DNA from: Chrysomallon squamiferum
Lineage: Eukaryota; Animalia; Mollusca
Direction: 5' to 3'
NCBI GenBank assembly: GCA_012295275.1
Contig: CM022672.1
Coordinates: forward strand, 24,180,001-24,244,000
Length of the DNA: 64,000 bases
The notes below the pieces were generated by a model, which ran no database searches, was not told the DNA's origin, and worked only from the letters and a program-made list of their open reading frames with translations. Position 1 is the stretch's first letter. Every line of letters starts with the position of its first letter. This document shows positions 34,628-47,795 of this stretch, in pieces. The translations under genes were made by a program, and so were the position numbers.

Positions 34628-36335
34628 GGAAATCATTTTGGAAACTTATGAAAATCAGTCTGATGACTCGTAGCAGCATTTATGGTACAATAACACAAAT
34701 TAATAAATTTTTCCAAATCTTGCCAGAAATAGGTTTAAAATAAGGATAATAATGTAAATGTATAGGGTCATTCCGTATCAAATCACCCAATGGGTTAAAC
34801 CCGACCATCTCAGATTTTTATGAAACTTGGTAAACTTGTTGATTGGAATCCCACAAATTTTGGGCTCTCATATCTCAGGAACTACTGGGCCAAACTTCAT
34901 AAAATTGGTATTGTAATACCCGTAGAAGTAGTTGTATTCTAGTAGTAGTGCAAGTATTATTACTACTACTGCCAATAATAATAATGATAACGATGATGAT
35001 GATAAAATAACAATGATAATAATAATCATAATCATAATTAAATCAATATTAATGCTACAAGTTGCAGCAGAAATCGTGGAAATAGTCTCATAGATGTAGT
35101 AGTCATAGTAGTGGCAATAGGTAGTAGGAGATATAATAGTAATGTAGAGGGAGTGTTAGTAAAATTAGTAATACTAGAAAAAGTTGTAGGATTAATTATA
35201 GTACTAGTAGTAGAAGAAATAGTGTCAGCAGAAGTAGCAAAATAAGAAATAGCTGTTGTAGTAATTGTTGATATAATGGTGATGCTAGTAGTAGTAGAGG
35301 TAGTAACAGTATTTGTGATAATAAAATTATCAGTAGTGGCAATGATGGTGACAGTAGTAGTTGTTCTAATAATAAAAATAGTAATAGCACCATCAGTAAT
35401 GGTAGAAGTACTGGTGGTGGTAGAAGTAATACCAGTCGTGGTGGTAGTAGTAGTAGTAGACGTAGTAGTAGTAGTCTAGAGGGAACCATGATAGTAACAT
35501 AATTGCCATGTTCTCATGGTGGGGATTTCACCAGGGGATTTCAAGGAGTTCCTGACATGCCTGAAACCACACGTCCTGTAACCCGTTAGGCCTGATTGTG
35601 TAGAACATGTCATGCCGTTTGGCATCTTTTCATATCCTTCAAGCATTCATTCCGACATGTCAGGTGGATTTTGACTCCAAAGACGAGTTTTTGGTCTCAG
35701 AGGAGACTATCCATGTAGAAAATGTACATTGTAATGCACTGTATTAATCATCCGTGGAGGTATGCATTTTTTAAATCCATATCGTGGCTAAACAAAAACG
35801 ATTACACCTCTGAAACCTGTTTATGTTTTAGTTAACATGTGGGAGTAAATTTCAAGAAAGGTCATCTCAAGGTCACGTTATCCACAAGGTCAATTTCAAG
35901 GTCATAACAAAGGTCAAAAGGTCAGTGTACCCCAGCATTCTACAAACTGAAAATAATGGCAGATTTAGAAACCTTGTCATATTGATTTTCAACAATATCA
36001 ATTTTATGAAGATTGGCCCAGTTGTTCCTGAGATATGAGGGTTTAAAGGTTGGTGGTCACACCCATTTCGGCCACTAATCTCAAAATTTGGGGGCCCATA
36101 AATTTCGGATTTGGTGCTATGGGATCCCAACCAACAAGACACCAAGTTTCATAAAAATCTGAGACGGTCGGGTTTAACCCATTGGATGATTTGACACGGA
36201 ATGACCCTATACATATACATTATAATCCTTATTTTAAACCTGTTTCTGGCAAGATTTGGAAAAACTTATTTATTGTACCATAAATGCTGCTACATGTCAT
36301 CAGATTGATTTTTATCAGTTTCCAAAATGATTTCC
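34628..36335. mobile_element. 1.7-kb foldback element / non-autonomous DNA transposon with ~290-340-bp inverted arms
   Basis: 34628-34915 is the reverse complement (with indels) of ~35992-36335. The interior holds degenerate AGT/AAT/GGT triplet sequence and an AAGGTCA cluster. No transposase seen; superfamily unassigned. Confidence 0.8.
34920..35480. repeat. Degenerate (AGT/AAT/GGT/GAT)n cryptic triplet repeat
   Basis: Read directly; it generates the spurious poly-Leu and poly-Val ORFs in the track. Confidence 0.85.
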
Positions 36336-36987
36336 ACATTTATCCATATTTATTTATAATCACAAACCAAGCTTAGTTCATAAAATTACATATAATTATA
36401 AGAAATAGTGATAAATGTATTATGTTTTGAAAAACTTGTCCAACAGTTCTAAAACGTTCTTTTCAGAAGTAGTTTTTGATGAAACTAATATAGGTCAGCT
36501 TCTGAATCTTTTTTTTTTTTTTTTTTTGTGTCTGCCATTTTCCATTAAAAACAACAACAAATGAACGAAAAAAAACCCCATAAAAACCCTCCTTGTCATT
36601 TCTATCACATATATAACTGATCAACGGATTTTTATTTTTATTTTTTTTTTTTTTTTTTTCTTTATGGTCTTATGGCACTTTTCCTCACTACCTCACCTGC
36701 TTTGAGCATCATCAATTACCACTCCCGCTGCCAATAATAATAAAAGGAAAATGTAAAAAAAAAAAAAAAAAAAAAAAATAAAATAAATGTTGAATTAAAA
36801 AATAAATAACTTCAATAAAAATAATGACAGTGATGATGATGATGATAATAATAATAATAATGTCTATGGGGTGGTGGTGATGATAAATAAATCAACGAAA
36901 AAAAAAATTCTTCTTAATTCTTCATTTTTTTATTTTTTTATTTATTATTTATTTATTTTTTTTTACTTTAATAACTACTACTACTAC

Positions 36988-37024
<37 letters not shown>

Positions 37025-37036
37025 ATTATTATTTTT

Positions 37037-37067
<31 letters not shown>

Positions 37068-39918
37068 TTTTGTCAAGACCGGCTGGATTTGTTGATATTG
37101 CTATTTACTTAAATTATTCCAATTTCTATTTTAAACAAACTCGTCATACTGTTTAAAGACATATGTTGTAATAATGCAATAGATGAACCATCAGAGGTTT
37201 TATAAAATGTTAAATTAATTCAAATCAACAGGCCGTATCAAAACAGGGACTGAATGAAGGATCTCCTTAGTGGAACCTCTAGTGGAACGTGATGTTGACT
37301 TTGTGGGAAGGTGCACATAAAAAAATTCTTATCTGCTTCTTCTGGACGGCGGCAGTGTTTCCTCCTTTCTCGAGTCATGGTTTGTATTTAAAATATGTTG
37401 TAGCTGAATGGTTGCTCGTAATATTTTGCAGAATAAATATTTCTGAAAGAGTTCATTTTAAGTCGGTGCTCTTTAACTTGGTACGTATTTTCCTGTGCAT
37501 GGGAACATACATATGAAAGGAACCTTCCTGTCGATGACTGGAGGTAGCGAATTTGCTAACTCATATAATTACAGAATGCGTTTTTTGTTTTAATTTATGT
37601 TTTAAAAAAAAATAAAAATTAAAAAAAAAATAAAATAAAATATAATTAATATTTGGATATAATTTATTTATTATACGTTATAATATATAATTAATTAATT
37701 GTAGTTGTTGTTGTTGCTGTTTAGCATTATAGCTTTTCTTTATAATGTACAAACATAATTTGTCGTTTAGGTTCAATAGAAAATGCTTTCCTTTTTGCTT
37801 TTTGTTTAATATTCACTTTTTTAGAAACCAGTAATTCTTTATATACGTATTTCTTTAGCAGCTGAAAACTGAATTTGAAAATAAAGAAAACAACACAGAG
37901 AAACATTTGATAATAATTGTATTTAAATTCAGAAGTGTTAGTTGCAGTCATCTTCAGTTAAATCTTTTATATATATATATGTACATATATATATTAGGCA
38001 ATAAATAATCAAGACATAATGTTAATAGACTGTTTCACTGACACAAGTAACGATATTGAATACACTTGCTTTTTACTTAAGCTTAAGTACGCATGCGCAA
38101 ACGTATGTGGAATGCAGATTTTTATTAAATGTTAGTTTAAAACAGTAACCATCCACAAATGTTTTCAGTCTATTTACATATATAAGTAGAAAAACATTAA
38201 CAACAACACACTATAAGACTATATATAACATAGTTCATTATTATATATTAGCATTTTAATGTATTTAATCTGTCAGGATCTTTTTTTTTTTTTTGCGGAA
38301 TATTTGAAAGGTGTCAGTGCAAAAATACAAATGTCTTTAACACAAATATTAAAATATATGTACATGAGTTTACCAGTATTCACAGGTATTATTGTTAAAT
38401 ACAGCCAATATCTTCACGTATACATTTCATTTACAATAATATGAAAGACACATTTTGAAAAAATAAATTATGTTAATATAATTTATTTGTTTTGTTTTTC
38501 TGTTGCTTTTTTTGTTTGTTTGTTCTTGTAACCAAAAGGTTTTTATCTTACAAATAAACTAAATTTGTTATATAAAAATAGAATCTAATTTTCTTTTTCA
38601 CATAACTAAAATAAATAAATAAATAAATTATGTCCTAGCCTTTCAAATAAAAAAATCCATACATGATTATTTTGTTCGTCATAAACTTGCGCCACGCTAA
38701 AGAGAAAGTTAATTTTATTGAATTTGATACATTATATTTTAACGTATTCATTCTAAGAAAGGAAAAAAAAGGGACTACTTCAGCTTTTCAGAGAAAGAAA
38801 TTATAATAAATAGTTTTTCATTTATTCCGTATTCAGTTTCAAGCTACAGATACAAAATATTTAAATTGTTTAAATTATAACATTTATCAAAAATAATCAT
38901 AGTTTATAAAAGGTAGTGAAATATGTTCCGTGGGAAGGTAAATGGAAAAGATCCCTTCCTGTTAATAAGTTAATCGATGAATAAACCCCGCAATGGCAAC
39001 AACGAGTTTCCTGTTTTATACCATCATCATTATGCAAAGAACCTTTAGGTACATAATAACTGATGAAATTAAACTGTGATGAGATGTTATTATAATCATA
39101 TTCGTCCACAATGAACAATTTACGAAATCATGTAAATGCATCAAAACGCAGTTCTTCATTACTTCTTACTACAATGTTCAATCTTGACCAATCCTAAAAT
39201 GCGAGCTGAAATCTAAACAAAAGGTATGGGCGTCTTTCCTGGAAATATTCATTTCTGTCCCCGAGAGACAGAATCGAAATCATTTAATTAGATTGTCATA
39301 ATCCTTGACTGTCTGGCATTTCATTATGACAAGGAGTTCATTCCAGCAAAGCAAAAACGTAATGCTCCTTATGTACGGTGCAATACTTTTATTATAAAAA
39401 AATATACATACTTGCACCTAATGCAAAAGCAATGCCTAACATGAAGTGTCAGCAGGAAGATAATCAAAGCTACAACTAGTACTGGAAAGAAGTAAGGTTT
39501 TATTCACGTTTTTAGTTAATGCCAAAAAGAGAAAAACAGAGGAAACGCGTTATTGCCACATGGTAGGACAAACTGTTTAGATTATCAACAAGTAATATTT
39601 TTGATGCATCTTCCCAGAGACAGGAAAGCGATAACATACGTAAAATAGTCATAGGGCACTGAGGACTGATTTTACGACCCTCAAAATATAATCCCTCAAT
39701 GATTATTCTTCTTAAAACCAATCTTCTAACCATACGTAACAGAAGTCTCACATATATAAACTGTGTACCGGTTTAATAAAGAATGTTTACGGTTCGACTC
39801 ATGCTCAAGTAAACACTACATATATATTAAAAATATAAATTTTCTCTTCCTTTATCTCTCTCTTTGTCAGTTTCTACATTTAAGTACTATGTTTTCTTAT
39901 TGCGATTATTATTATTAC

Positions 39919-39958
<40 letters not shown>

Positions 39959-40458
39959 TGTATTCGATTATTAAATAACCTGTTACGCAGTTATACGCCA
40001 TAATTTATTATATTAGTTACTCTTTAAATATGTATTGATGCCGCTAGGATATAGGCCAGCAACACAGGGAACTGAACGCAACTCACATCCTTGAAATATT
40101 AATTTTGTAGCCAAGTGATGTTCAACAGAAATCTGATACCAGAACTAATAATAAAAAAAAAAAAAAAAAAAAAATAATAATAATAATAATAAAAAAGCAA
40201 AGAAAAAGAAATGTTCCGGATTTAGGCATAAGCTAAATAAATTACTAACATGATATGAACTTTCGTACAAACATTTTGGTAACATAATATACTTTTTTAA
40301 CATCGATCCTCAGGTAGTCGACATTCGGCAGTGGTTATCTAATGACAATTTTATGGACTAAATCGTAAATGATTTTCAGCGGAATACATTGCAATCAGTC
40401 CTGGCATTAAGTGATATAATTGTAAAATATTTTCAATTAGACAGTTTATATTATATAA

Positions 40459-40510
<52 letters not shown>

Positions 40511-41303
40511 TTTTATTTTATTATTATTATTATTATTATTTTTTTTCCAGGTTTGTTATAGGTCATAACCTTAAAAAATGCAAAAAAGAAGAGGAACAAA
40601 TAGGTCATTTATACTTTAAAATAGACTGTGGGTGGACATACGGTTGGACGGAGTAATTTTCTTAACTACAAAAAGCACCCGTATTTTAAACAGTATATAA
40701 CCTTTATCTTGCATTTGGAGAATCCAGAACATCTTTTATATTTATTTATATATAAAATATATTTTAAACCGCAAAGAATTGATTACTTTTGCTTTAGTAA
40801 ATATATTGATTCCACTTCTTTCATATCTTGCTCCATATAAAAACAGAATATATCGCTCTCTTTCTTATTTCTTAAACAAAATATGTTAACTTAGTTAGCA
40901 AAGGGTAATCTGAAATTGGATGTCAAAATAAGAGGCATTTTAGCCCGAGTTTCACTGAATTATAAAAGTAAAGGGAGTATTACAAAACTTTAGACAGTAT
41001 TATAAAAAAAAATATATACATAGCAGAGAGATAACGCTACCCGCTTCAATATGGCAATAATCATATATTTGATATTAAACAATGTATACATATCTAGCAA
41101 GTGATTTACATATTAATCATTATCATAATGCACTACAGGAAGAAATCCACGTAATTACATATTAAAGTTCAAGTCTGGTTGTTTTGAAATGGTCAACATC
41201 CGTCATGACTTTTTACGTTACATGATAGTACATGCTGTCCTTCACATATATATTCCGATATATCACGTATATTGGATTTAAAAAAAAAAAAAAAAAAAAA
41301 AAA

Positions 41304-41533
41304 ATATTAATTTGTTAATAATTTCATTTTTATTTTAAAACGGATTCAAACATTTTCATGAGATTTTAACAGAAAATCATTCAATGGTTCGCGCATTGTC
41401 TGAACCATTTGATCACATACCGTTACTTCAAAACCTACAGATGTAACCCTAATATTTTTGAACGGGTAATTTAGGTTTCTTTCTGTTAGTTCCGAACTTT
41501 AACGAAGCAAACAAACAAACAATAAATAAATAA
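41304..41533. repeat. Dispersed ~220-bp repeat, copy 2 (copy 1 at ~593-815)
   Basis: Same ordered blocks as copy 1; both end in (CAAA)n(TAAA)n. Confidence 0.9.
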
Positions 41534-42632
41534 AAAGATAAAGAATTAAGATATCGAGATATTCATGGAAATTATTTTTGAAAGTGTCTAGTCATCAAGC
41601 CATGTTAATTAATCGTTTTCCAAATTTCATCTAACAATTCAAAGATATAACTGAGTATGCTGTTAAGTAAACTGCATAATTATATGAAGAGAAAAAGTGT
41701 AATCTTTCATTAAACCAATCTAACTCTGAAAAATCACGAATTATTCCTGAACGTGTCTTCATCAAAAAAACATATCGAAAAAGCTGAAAACAAAACAATA
41801 AATGGATTCATTGTGAGATGACCTGCTTTGTAAAATCTTCGAATCTATTTTATTGTATTTTATTTGAAGCACTGGTTTTAGTCGAGAAATTATGAAAATT
41901 TGCACAGGCATCAACACGAGTCTTCGAAATACATTTGGGAACCAATGGGTTGTGCTCATTAATGATAAATATATAAACTTGTTTTCAGTGAACTTGAGAA
42001 AATGACGGATGTAGACATATGAAGAAAAAACAGAGTTGTTGTTATATCAAAATATATAACTACAACTTTTACTCCATGGTTGTAAGAAAATATGCACTTT
42101 TGATATAAGTGGTATGAACTTTTTTGGACGTATTTTCTTAAATGCTAGTTTTTTATTTTATTTTTCTTATTTTATGACATTTATAACTATGTATTTCATT
42201 TAACTTTTTTTAAAATTATTATTATTATTATTATTTTTTTTTTTTTTTTTACACTTATTTGCTTCTGCCTTATCTTAGTTCCAAAATATACGCTATGTCT
42301 TGATTATGCATTCATTTTATTATGTGCCAACATATTTGACATATCTGAAAATAATCTGCGGACCATGATAGTGATTATAAAATATCCTTCTCAGACAAAC
42401 CAGGAATGGTCGTGGTTTATTACAACGTCGTGAGCGGATAATATTTCACAACCAAGAACTTACAAATATATCCAGAAAACAACAACTTTAAACATTTTCT
42501 AGTGTCATCTACTGACGTCACATCTGATAGATAAAGGAGCCTTTCGGGTAACAACAGCTTCCTTGGGCTACTGGCATAAAAAGATTTAGATGAGATGTAA
42601 TAAAGGATTTGATAAATATCAGAGCGAGCGAT

Positions 42633-42679
<47 letters not shown>

Positions 42680-43552
42680 TCCAGGGGAACCTGGAATAGA
42701 AAGATGTGTTCTATCAAACGCCATTGAATGCATTGTTTGAATATATTAAATATCTGAATAATACAAAATAAATTTAATTTTGAGCATTATATATAATTAT
42801 CCATTATGTATACACAAAATACACTGAAAACGTTATAGAATTTTTTGACATAGAGAATAATCAAAATCAATATTTCTAATTATAAACTAAGAGGAAATTC
42901 ATCGTTGTGCTGCACTGAAGTTTTAACAAATTATAATTCAATCGTTCATTCTGAAATGAAGAAATGTATTAAATATATAACAGTAAAGTAAAATGCCGTA
43001 TCACGTTTTTGTTTAAAGACTCGTGTCCCACCATTAATTGCATATTTTCGTTCTTCAATGAAAACGTTTAGACCATATACTGATAAGTTGCACTTTTTGC
43101 TGATATGTTGAATTCTTATTCTCCAAATAAAGAATTCTAAAGTCTTGAGCAATGGTCTAGCAAAATATAAAAGCTAAACTCAAATCTGAAGTTCAATATT
43201 TCATTAGTTTATAATATATCCCAGTTGCGATATTTCGATGAGAGATCAACATTTCCTCTCGTAGATACCAAATTCTGGTTGAAAAAATCAACGTTCTCTG
43301 CTATTTCACAAAGATGCAACCATACAAAATCGAACTCTCCAAAGACCACTTGTAAATAAAGCATCGCCTTGGTAACTTCCGCTAAGAGGCCCGATGTTCG
43401 TTTGTAGTCAGAGCCATGGAAGCATTTTCTCTTTCATCAGTTTTGACATCTGGCAGACTGAAAGTTGTTGTTATGGAACGACTCATACGGTTGTTGTCGT
43501 CGATGCAGGTATCTATCGAGTTCTCCCTTGTTCGCAGCTGGGAGGCCTCCTG

Positions 43553-44590
43553 TCATTCGGACAAGTGCGTTGTTCCGGTAATAGGATCCTCTTCGTATTC
43601 GCTGATTCCGCGGCACACTTTACACTTGAGGAGTCTGCGAAACGCAAACTTGAAGTTTCTGTTAAAGTAATAGTACAAAAATGGATTCATCACAGAGTTA
43701 ATGTAACCAAGCCACAAGGCAACAGTCCAGGGTATATAAGGAATTTTGTACCCAACTATAGGATCAAAAATATTGAAAATAAAGAATGGAAACCAACACA
43801 CGCTGAAACATCCCATGATGATGCCAAGCGTTTTTGCTGCTTTGGCTTCTTGTTTGAATTTGCCTTTTCCTTTTAAATGGTGATGATGCACTGAGTTGTC
43901 TAAACTACGAATCTGCATCGCTTGCCTACGAGCACACAAGTAAATTTTCCAATTACAGACGCCCATGAACACTACAGGAATGTAAAATGCCACTGCCGAA
44001 CAAATCAAAGAAAAGGTAACGTTGACCACCAGTACGCATGTGTCGGTTCCAAAGGCGCATTCAATGTAATCCTCGATCCCAATAGTGTTCCACTTGTTCA
44101 TGATAGGAACAAACGAAATAAAAATTGGGATTACCCAGCAGCCTGTTAGCATCATGACCACAACTTGTGATGTCATCCGCTCATGCACGAAAGGCTGACA
44201 GATGGCCAGATAACGATCTATGGCAAGACATGAAAGATGGAAAATTGAAATTGTGCAGAGCATCACGTCAAAACTACTTTCAATGAGACAAAGGGTTTCG
44301 CCCAGCATCCATTGCTTATTGTTGAGTTGTTGGTATATCGAGAACGGCATGACCAGTACGGAAACACTCATATCAGCAACAGCCAGCGACACCACGAAGG
44401 CATTCGTAATGGTTCGTAGTCGTCGATGAGTTGCCACTGATAAGATTACAACAGTGTTTCCAACAAGACAAAGTATGGGAAAACAAGTCAAAACGGCAGC
44501 TATCGCATACCGAGTACCTGTGCTGTACATGGGCGGAGGGCCTGATTTATCCGCAAGAATTTCGTCACAATTTATTGTCGTGTTGGACAT
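43553..44590 (-). CDS. HTR4: Class A aminergic GPCR, 5-hydroxytryptamine receptor 4-like, 345 aa, uninterrupted CDS
   Basis: Seven hydrophobic segments; GN in TM1, SLAVAD, TM3 SFDVMLCTISIFHLSCLAIDRY with the amine-binding Asp, GCWVIPIFISFVPIMNKWNTIGI, CSAVAFYIP, EAKAAKTLGIIMGCFSVCWFPFFIFNIFDP, WLGYINSVMNPFLY. These closely follow vertebrate HTR4 segments as I recall them. Confidence 0.9.
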   Translation of the reverse strand: MSNTTINCDEILADKSGPPPMYSTGTRYAIAAVLTCFPILCLVGNTVVILSVATHRRLRTITNAFVVSLAVADMSVSVLVMPFSIYQQLNNKQWMLGETLCLIESSFDVMLCTISIFHLSCLAIDRYLAICQPFVHERMTSQVVVMMLTGCWVIPIFISFVPIMNKWNTIGIEDYIECAFGTDTCVLVVNVTFSLICSAVAFYIPVVFMGVCNWKIYLCARRQAMQIRSLDNSVHHHHLKGKGKFKQEAKAAKTLGIIMGCFSVCWFPFFIFNIFDPIVGYKIPYIPWTVALWLGYINSVMNPFLYYYFNRNFKFAFRRLLKCKVCRGISEYEEDPITGTTHLSE

Positions 44591-45586
44591 AGTCTTCTAC
44601 TCAACTATTTACAACCTCAAAACTAGCAGAACGAAATAGCCAGATGAGAATCGCAATATATCGTCTGAATTAAGCATTTAGGCTTTTAGAAGTGATGATT
44701 ATTTTGTATTTGTTTTTAAGAAAAATCACATTTCTTCTTCCGTTCTCGTAAATAAATTTTGATTTGTAGTTTTAGAATTTAAACAAATTGATTGTCGAAC
44801 AGAATAAGATAATCCTCAAAATAATCGAAAAATCCCAAAACTCTTGATATTGACACAAAATTGAGATACACTTAATCCTTTCTATAGATCAATTCTCAAT
44901 AGACTTTTGCTTCTTGAATTTTTAGAAATACATCAAACGAAAAGAAAAGAAATAGCCAAAACCAATATCCAAATGTAGGAAGAAAATAAATGTATTCTTT
45001 TTTTTTTTCTTTTTTTTTTTTCGGAATTTTCCGAATCAATTTTCACGTATGCTCCAGAACGATTTTCTCGCAGAAACCAGTGTAGTTTTCTTTCTTGTCC
45101 TTAACAACAGTAGAGTAACCGGATGTGTGTCCCAAATGCCCAACCGACAACTTTGGAATCACCATTGTCCTGGTTTGCTCTGAAAGTATAGAAAAAATAC
45201 AATTCAGGAATTAGTTACATGATGCGTAATGTTATTGAACTGCAGATAAATCAATTAGGTTCAAGTTGAATTAACGTTAAGTACAGATTCAACACAGACA
45301 CCGTTCTTTTTCTGTCTCATTCAGCTGAAGCTGAAACGCCTCGCATCTCTGGAACAAACAAATTAGAATTATTTATACGGTGTGATAACAGAATTATTGT
45401 GCAAAAGTTCAAAACGTATTGTACAGAAACGGCACAAAGGAAGACGAAGAGTTTTCAAAAAGTAAATATAAGCTGATCAATGAACGATTGTGGCTTCAAA
45501 AACTTGTCATTTAATATTAAAATACATCACATATGAAACTGATTTCTGAAAAATGTTCTTTGAGACCGACTTATTTTCGAAAGATA

Positions 45587-45626
<40 letters not shown>

Positions 45627-45658
45627 GTTGTATAAATGTTTCGAACATGTTCTTATTA

Positions 45659-45712
<54 letters not shown>

Positions 45713-45720
45713 TATCAGTA

Positions 45721-46322
45721 CTTTCTTTCAATTAAAACTGGTACATATTTTTAAAGAGTAGTCGAATACTTAACCATTTTGTATTTAAAAGTATGAAATT
45801 GTAAGATTTTAATCATATTCTATTTACCACCTCCATTCCAAAGTTGTCGTTAGGTAAACCTGCTTTGCAAGTATTTCTGGTTGCGTTATTAAATAAAAAA
45901 ATAATGATAAAAGTCACCCAAAATGCATTTTGAAAGAAATCCATTCCTATATCCTGAAATAGCTTTAAATAATGATGAAAAAAAAAAAAAAAAACACATA
46001 AAAAAAAAAATGGTCAAATTAATTTGCTGGAAGGCAAAGATTATTTCCATTTACAAATACATTTTATTCTATAAAAAACCACCTAAAAAAAAGCCCTTGT
46101 GTTTTTAAGAGCAAATGAAAGTTGAGGCATGTAAAGTAATCGACTTTGTAATTTAAAAAGTAGACACTACTTTCTTTATACGATACTTAAGAAAAACATC
46201 TAAGATGAATCGAAATCTTAGGTTTATACACCAAAAACTAGATGAATATTTTAAGGCATGCAGGGGCTATAAATAGCATAAAACACAATAGGATGTCTGT
46301 TCTTCTAGTTCTTCTGAATTAC
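45721..46322. repeat. Direct repeat copy 1 (~600 bp; copy 2 at 52885-53360)
   Basis: Shared blocks including TGGTACATATTTTTAAAGAG, CGTTAGGTAAACCTGCTTTGCAAGTATTTCTGGTTGCGTTATT, ATCCATTCCTATATCCTGAAATAGCTTTAAATAATGATG and AATAGGATGTCTG. Confidence 0.92.
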
Positions 46323-47675
46323 AGATCATATTAAGCTGTAACAACAAAGAAAAATGTGTGTATTTATGTTTATATGTGTGTGTGAATGAGTGTGTGTGTA
46401 TGTATGTATGTATGTATGTGTGTGTGTATGTGTGTGAATGAGTGTGTGTGAATGTGTGTGTGTGTGTGTGTGTATTTGTGTGTGTCGAATGAGAAGAAGA
46501 TCGAAGAAGGTAAAAAAGAAAATTAAGTGAAGAAAATAAACAAAAGGCTTGTTTCTACATACGCTTTCTACTTAAAAATAAAATATCTTAAATGATTAAT
46601 ATCTACAGTAAAAATTACAACTTAATGAAATGATAATTATCTGTTGTAAAAATATTGATTTGGTGGAGGAAAAGGATCACTCAAGGAACGCTTGTATTTC
46701 TCCTTTCATTTGCGTGTGAGAACACTCCAGCGAAAAACGACAAATTCGTTATTCTGTAAGGACAAAACGATGGTGTAAAACAAAATCGATGGCTTAACAT
46801 CCACATATTCAGAACAATGAACTCTATCCCCTGTTAAATTAATATATATTTATTTTTAAAGGTTTTGATATGGTAACTAATAATCCATAAGGGTGTCAGT
46901 GTTTAAGGGTAAACTAAATATATTAATATATGAATGCTTTCAGATGTAATTTAAGACATTTAGTCAATTTAATTATTAAATAGAAATTTCAGTATTACAA
47001 CTCCGACGCCTGGATGCAAGGGCAGACAAAGATGTCTGAAGACATGACTGAGTTGGGGATTTTGGTAAAGCATATGAAGGATGAAATATTTGGGAATACC
47101 TGCAAAGCAATTAAATATCTAATTTCTACATGTTTATTAATTATATTGTATTGATGTGGAATATTGTTAATGTGTTAGCAATGACATTCCTAATCATAAT
47201 TTTAAACATAAATGTTTTATTTAGATAGAAAACATATACCGTTTAAAAGCACATTATAAAAATTACAACGTGTGAAAGAATAAATGTGACGATTGAATGC
47301 ACTGTTTATATATAACTGACAAAGCATTTTTATGTTCAGTCTCAAGGAACAATGAACGATAAAGTAAAAGATGATTATCTGATATTGGATTCAACAGCGG
47401 GTAAGGCTAATTTCAGTAAAATAAAATTCCCATTATCTGAAGAAAAAAGAAAATAAATGTTTTTAAATCAATCAAACGTAACACTGATAACACTGAAATC
47501 TTCATCGACAGCAATAAACCAATCGATACATAGGCGACGTGGAAATCTCTGAAACAAAATCAATTCATGTGTTGTGCAAGGTGTTATTTGTTAAATTTTA
47601 GCTCCTTTAAAAAACCATGGTATCTTAACTGGTTTACATTAGATAGTGAAGAGTGGGACCATGTATCTATGGTTC

Positions 47676-47795
47676 TGACATGATGTAATTATTGATACAA
47701 TTCATATTAATAAATAATTAATTGTTTAAGCAATATGACATGATGTAATTATCGATACAATTCATATTAATAAATAATTAATTGTTTAAGCAATA
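47676..47795. repeat. Tandem duplication, 60-bp unit x2, 1 mismatch
   Basis: 47676-47735 versus 47736-47795. Confidence 0.95.

Noticed and set aside
35196-35489. Poly-Leu and poly-Val ORFs resembling membrane proteins or signal peptides
   Set aside because: Translations of a degenerate triplet repeat inside the foldback element.
35748-35786. Minus-strand HDMDLKNAYLHG resembling a copia reverse-transcriptase motif
   Set aside because: It is followed immediately by a stop, with no other RT motifs and no LTRs; treated as coincidence.
43394-44639. Plus-strand ORFs overlapping the GPCR
   Set aside because: Antisense shadows of a GC-richer coding sequence, with no recognisable motifs.
47676-47795. 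Direct repeats considered as a CRISPR-like array
   Set aside because: Two adjacent units with no spacers in eukaryotic DNA; an ordinary tandem duplication. The same applies to 30221-30388.
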